Assembly: GCA_964595945.1 (NCBI GenBank)
Contig: CAZQSL010000009.1
Span: 1 to 49,903 of the forward strand
DNA from: an uncultured bacterium
GTDB lineage: Bacteria > UBP15 > UBA6099 > JAJRTR01
Direction: 5' to 3'
DNA: 49,903 nt
Positions within the stretch are counted from its first letter, which is position 1, and the number at the start of each line of letters is the position of its first letter. Positions 47,508 to 49,903 of the stretch are shown here, piece after piece. The position numbers and the translations under genes are program-made. Under the pieces are notes generated by a model that was given only the letters and a program-made list of their open reading frames with translations, did not search any database and was not told the origin of the DNA.

Positions 47508-49112
47508 TTACTGGAGTTCCCTGTTCATGGCCCAGAACAATTTTTTGTTGTTTTTATATAGCTTTTTGAAAATGCCGAAGCCTCTGTCGTATATCGTGCG
47601 GTATTCGGCGCGAGGGATGTATGTGTTTCTGACCGGGACAAAATCACGGGCTTTTCCAAAAGAGGGAATAACGCCAAGCCCGACGCCACAAATCACGGCT
47701 GCGCCAACAGCGCCAGCGTCCTGGGGATTGTCGATTGTTTCGATTGTCCTACCGGTGACATCCGCCATGATCTGGCACCACACATCGGATTTTGCGCCAC
47801 CGCCGACAAAACGGACCGTTTCCCTGCGGGGTATCTTCTTTTCGATAGATTCGAGCATCCATCTTTTGTGATATGCAACGCCTTCGAGCACAGCGCGTAT
47901 CAACATCCTCTTGCCGGTTTTTAGTCCCACATTGAAAAACATGGCTCGCGCGAATGGATCTTCGGCCGGTGCGCGGTTTCCATGCAACCAGGGGGTGAAT
48001 ATCACTCCGCCCGCGCCGGGTGGCGTTTCTTCCACTACCTGATTGAGCAATGGATACAGAGAGCCAGGGTCTTCGATGTCGCCTCCGTGGGTCTTGAGGT
48101 ATACACCGATATCATCGAGTGCAAGATGGTCGCGCACCCATTGCAGGCATACCCCCGATGTTTCCTGTTCGGCGACATAGTTGTATCTGTCTGGCATAAC
48201 ACCGAGTATCGAAGCGATAAGGCAAGTAATATCCACCATGCGCTTGTCGACATTCGACACCACCCAGCCCGAAGTGCCGACATATATATGAGTGTCATAA
48301 AGGTTGGTGCAGCCGGCTCCGATGCAGATTGACGAAACATCGCCGCCGCCGCCGAATACAGGAGTGCCAGCCTTGAGGCCAAGTTCTGCGGCAGCCTTTT
48401 CACTGAGTCCCCCGACGGGGTCTGTCGATTGCACGATCGGCGGCAGGTGGTCGATATTCACATCGAACATCCTGCACATGCTTTTGCTCCACCCGAGATG
48501 CCCAGGCCGAGTGTCATACAGAAAGGTGATATTTGCCGAGTCCGGTGTCATGCAAAACTCACCGGTGCAGCGTAATAGCAGATATTCCTTTACATCGAGC
48601 CACTTGTGCATCTTTGTGAAAAGCTCAGGCTCGTTACGCCGCATCCAGTGATACTTCCACAAAGGGTCTTTTGCGGTTGCCGCCATACCGCCGGTAATAT
48701 AAAGAGACTTCAGCAACTTGCGCGCATTCATGTTCGCGATACGGATAGGGCCGTGATGAAGGTAATCGGAGATTTCCCTGGTCGAGCGTCCGTCCATGTA
48801 ACTCATCGGATTACGCAAAGCGCGTCCCTCTCTGTCGACGGCGATAAACCCCTGCATCTGGCAGCAGAAGGATACTCCACGGATAGCGGAAGGATCGGTT
48901 TTCACTCTGTCGAGTATCGTTGCCGTTGAGGCACACATGGCATTCCACCAGTCGTCAACGCACTGTTCGGCCCCCCCCCCGGGGATCATGTGAAGAGGAT
49001 ATCCGGCCTGCGCCGTGTCAATGATCTCGATGTGATCCGTAATGCTGTAGAGACACGTCTTGCATCCGGTAGTGCCTATGTCATAAGCGAGGATATACGA
49101 GGCATCGTTCAT
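47508..49112 (-). CDS. FGGY family carbohydrate kinase (xylulokinase/glycerol kinase-like)
   Basis: N-terminal YILAYDIGTTGCK motif. C-terminal GGGAKSDVWCQIMADV motif. The ORF-track start at 49181 is an upstream extension. Confidence 0.85.
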   Translation of the reverse strand: MNDASYILAYDIGTTGCKTCLYSITDHIEIIDTAQAGYPLHMIPGGGAEQCVDDWWNAMCASTATILDRVKTDPSAIRGVSFCCQMQGFIAVDREGRALRNPMSYMDGRSTREISDYLHHGPIRIANMNARKLLKSLYITGGMAATAKDPLWKYHWMRRNEPELFTKMHKWLDVKEYLLLRCTGEFCMTPDSANITFLYDTRPGHLGWSKSMCRMFDVNIDHLPPIVQSTDPVGGLSEKAAAELGLKAGTPVFGGGGDVSSICIGAGCTNLYDTHIYVGTSGWVVSNVDKRMVDITCLIASILGVMPDRYNYVAEQETSGVCLQWVRDHLALDDIGVYLKTHGGDIEDPGSLYPLLNQVVEETPPGAGGVIFTPWLHGNRAPAEDPFARAMFFNVGLKTGKRMLIRAVLEGVAYHKRWMLESIEKKIPRRETVRFVGGGAKSDVWCQIMADVTGRTIETIDNPQDAGAVGAAVICGVGLGVIPSFGKARDFVPVRNTYIPRAEYRTIYDRGFGIFKKLYKNNKKLFWAMNRELQ

Positions 49113-49203
49113 CTCTGAGCCTTTCGCCGCAATTTGTGTGCAAGAGTGAAGCAGCCGTCCCGGGCGCGCCTGTAGCCACACCCGGAACGACAGTTTATAT
49201 CAT

Positions 49204-49626
49204 TCAGCCTTCGATTTCTTCGCGCACTATTTCGATGACAGCACGCAGCCTGATGGCGTCTGGTTTCGCGCCTTCTATAGCGAGTTCCCCCGACATATAG
49301 GCAGCAGTGGCGTCCTTGTCGCCGATGAGTATGGCGGCTGTGTTTTTCCCTGTCGCCTTCAGCGTCACATCCGCGCCATCGGTCGAGCCAGTGCCTGTCG
49401 AAAACTTGCCGTCATCGACGACGAGCCAGATTGCTTCCGCCCCGTCTGTGGGTGTAATCTGAAACTTTCGCGACCAGCCTTCCACCTCATCCTGAATGTC
49501 ATCCGATTCGTTACTAATGGCACAAAAGAGCCCCATGAATTCGGGGAGATCGGCGACTTCAAATTCTCCCTCTTCGATTTTTTCAGCCATTTTTTTCCTG
49601 AGTTCTGCGTCTGCCATTGCCGGCAT
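49204..49626 (-). CDS. SCP2 sterol-carrier-like domain protein
   Basis: LKATGKNTAAILIGDKDATAAYMSGELAIEG is typical of SCP2. Confidence 0.7.
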   Translation of the reverse strand: MPAMADAELRKKMAEKIEEGEFEVADLPEFMGLFCAISNESDDIQDEVEGWSRKFQITPTDGAEAIWLVVDDGKFSTGTGSTDGADVTLKATGKNTAAILIGDKDATAAYMSGELAIEGAKPDAIRLRAVIEIVREEIEG

Positions 49627-49644
49627 CTCCTTTCGGTTTTGAGA

Positions 49645-49903
49645 TCAGGCGGTTTCGATGTTCGCAAACACGCGGTCGAATCCAGCCAGTGCTTTATCGA
49701 TAACGTCATCCGTATCTGCCATGCTTGTGTAGAGACGGCTGCCGGCAAGCGTGACAATGCCTTCAGCCATAAACGCGGCGCCCATTTCTTCCATCATGTG
49801 TTTTCTCGGCTTTGCCTCTTCGAGCGCATGGGGGTCCATAATGTCAAGGAGCTGCTGAGTGATAGTCGAACCGCCGGACACGACGCGTCGGTAGCGGATA
49901 TTG
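49645..49903 (-). CDS. hemL: Class-III aminotransferase, C-terminal fragment, glutamate-1-semialdehyde 2,1-aminomutase-like (gene runs off the window edge)
   Basis: The frame stays open to the window end. The C-terminus HMMEEMGAAFMAEGIVTLAGSRLYTSMADTDDVIDKALAGFDRVF aligns to the HemL tail. Confidence 0.55.
   Translation of the reverse strand, partial: NIRYRRVVSGGSTITQQLLDIMDPHALEEAKPRKHMMEEMGAAFMAEGIVTLAGSRLYTSMADTDDVIDKALAGFDRVFANIETA

Noticed and set aside
1-49903. tRNA/rRNA genes, CRISPR arrays, IS elements, integrases
   Set aside because: No T-loop-like GGTTCGAATCC motifs and no regularly spaced direct repeats. No transposase or integrase-like ORFs are present. Only short scattered motifs were seen.

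Overview
This is a bacterial chromosomal window, moderately GC-rich, with frequent GTG/TTG starts and overlapping ATGA/TAATG gene junctions. It has the codon usage of an uncultivated or divergent lineage. The genes fall into six blocks. (1) 1-10.8 kb holds housekeeping and alpha-glucan genes: a partial GH31 alpha-glucosidase, a GDPD, mfd, a GH57 branching-enzyme-like gene and uvrB. (2) 11.2-16.9 kb holds an M14 carboxypeptidase and an AraC-controlled divergent operon encoding a sphingosine-1-phosphate-lyase-like PLP enzyme, an amidohydrolase and a DMT-type membrane protein. (3) 16.9-20.8 kb is a giant PAS-rich hybrid histidine kinase with REC and HPt domains. It is transcribed divergently from block 4. 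(4) 21.0-30.2 kb is a compact 12-gene bacterial microcompartment (BMC) operon built around B12-dependent ethanolamine ammonia-lyase EutBC. It combines EUT-type genes (EutN, EutM-like BMC-H, EutL, EutE, EutT) with PDU-type accessory genes (PduL, PduU/EutS-like, PduS, PduT). It lacks EutA, EutG, EutH, EutJ, EutP, EutQ and any EutR/EutVW regulator. It ends with an orphan small protein related to the EutT N-domain. (5) 30.3-44.0 kb is a long minus-strand series: a solo HEPN gene; short ResB and CcsA genes (system II cytochrome c biogenesis), the CcsA possibly interrupted by a stop; a radical-SAM/SPASM enzyme coupled to an uncharacterised Cys-motif protein; a VWA-like protein; pilB-pilC translationally coupled to a GT-C PIG-V-like glycosyltransferase; and a PilS/PilR-like sensor kinase / NtrC-family regulator pair plus a lone receiver. 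(6) 44.3-49.9 kb holds a secreted VIT-VWA protein, a TetR regulator, an FGGY sugar kinase, an SCP2 protein and a partial HemL. The most notable system is the BMC locus. It is a hybrid EUT/PDU-type ethanolamine microcompartment with an unusual gene complement, an apparently metal-motif-free EutT, candidate C-terminal encapsulation peptides, and an adjacent hybrid sensor kinase as its only nearby regulator.
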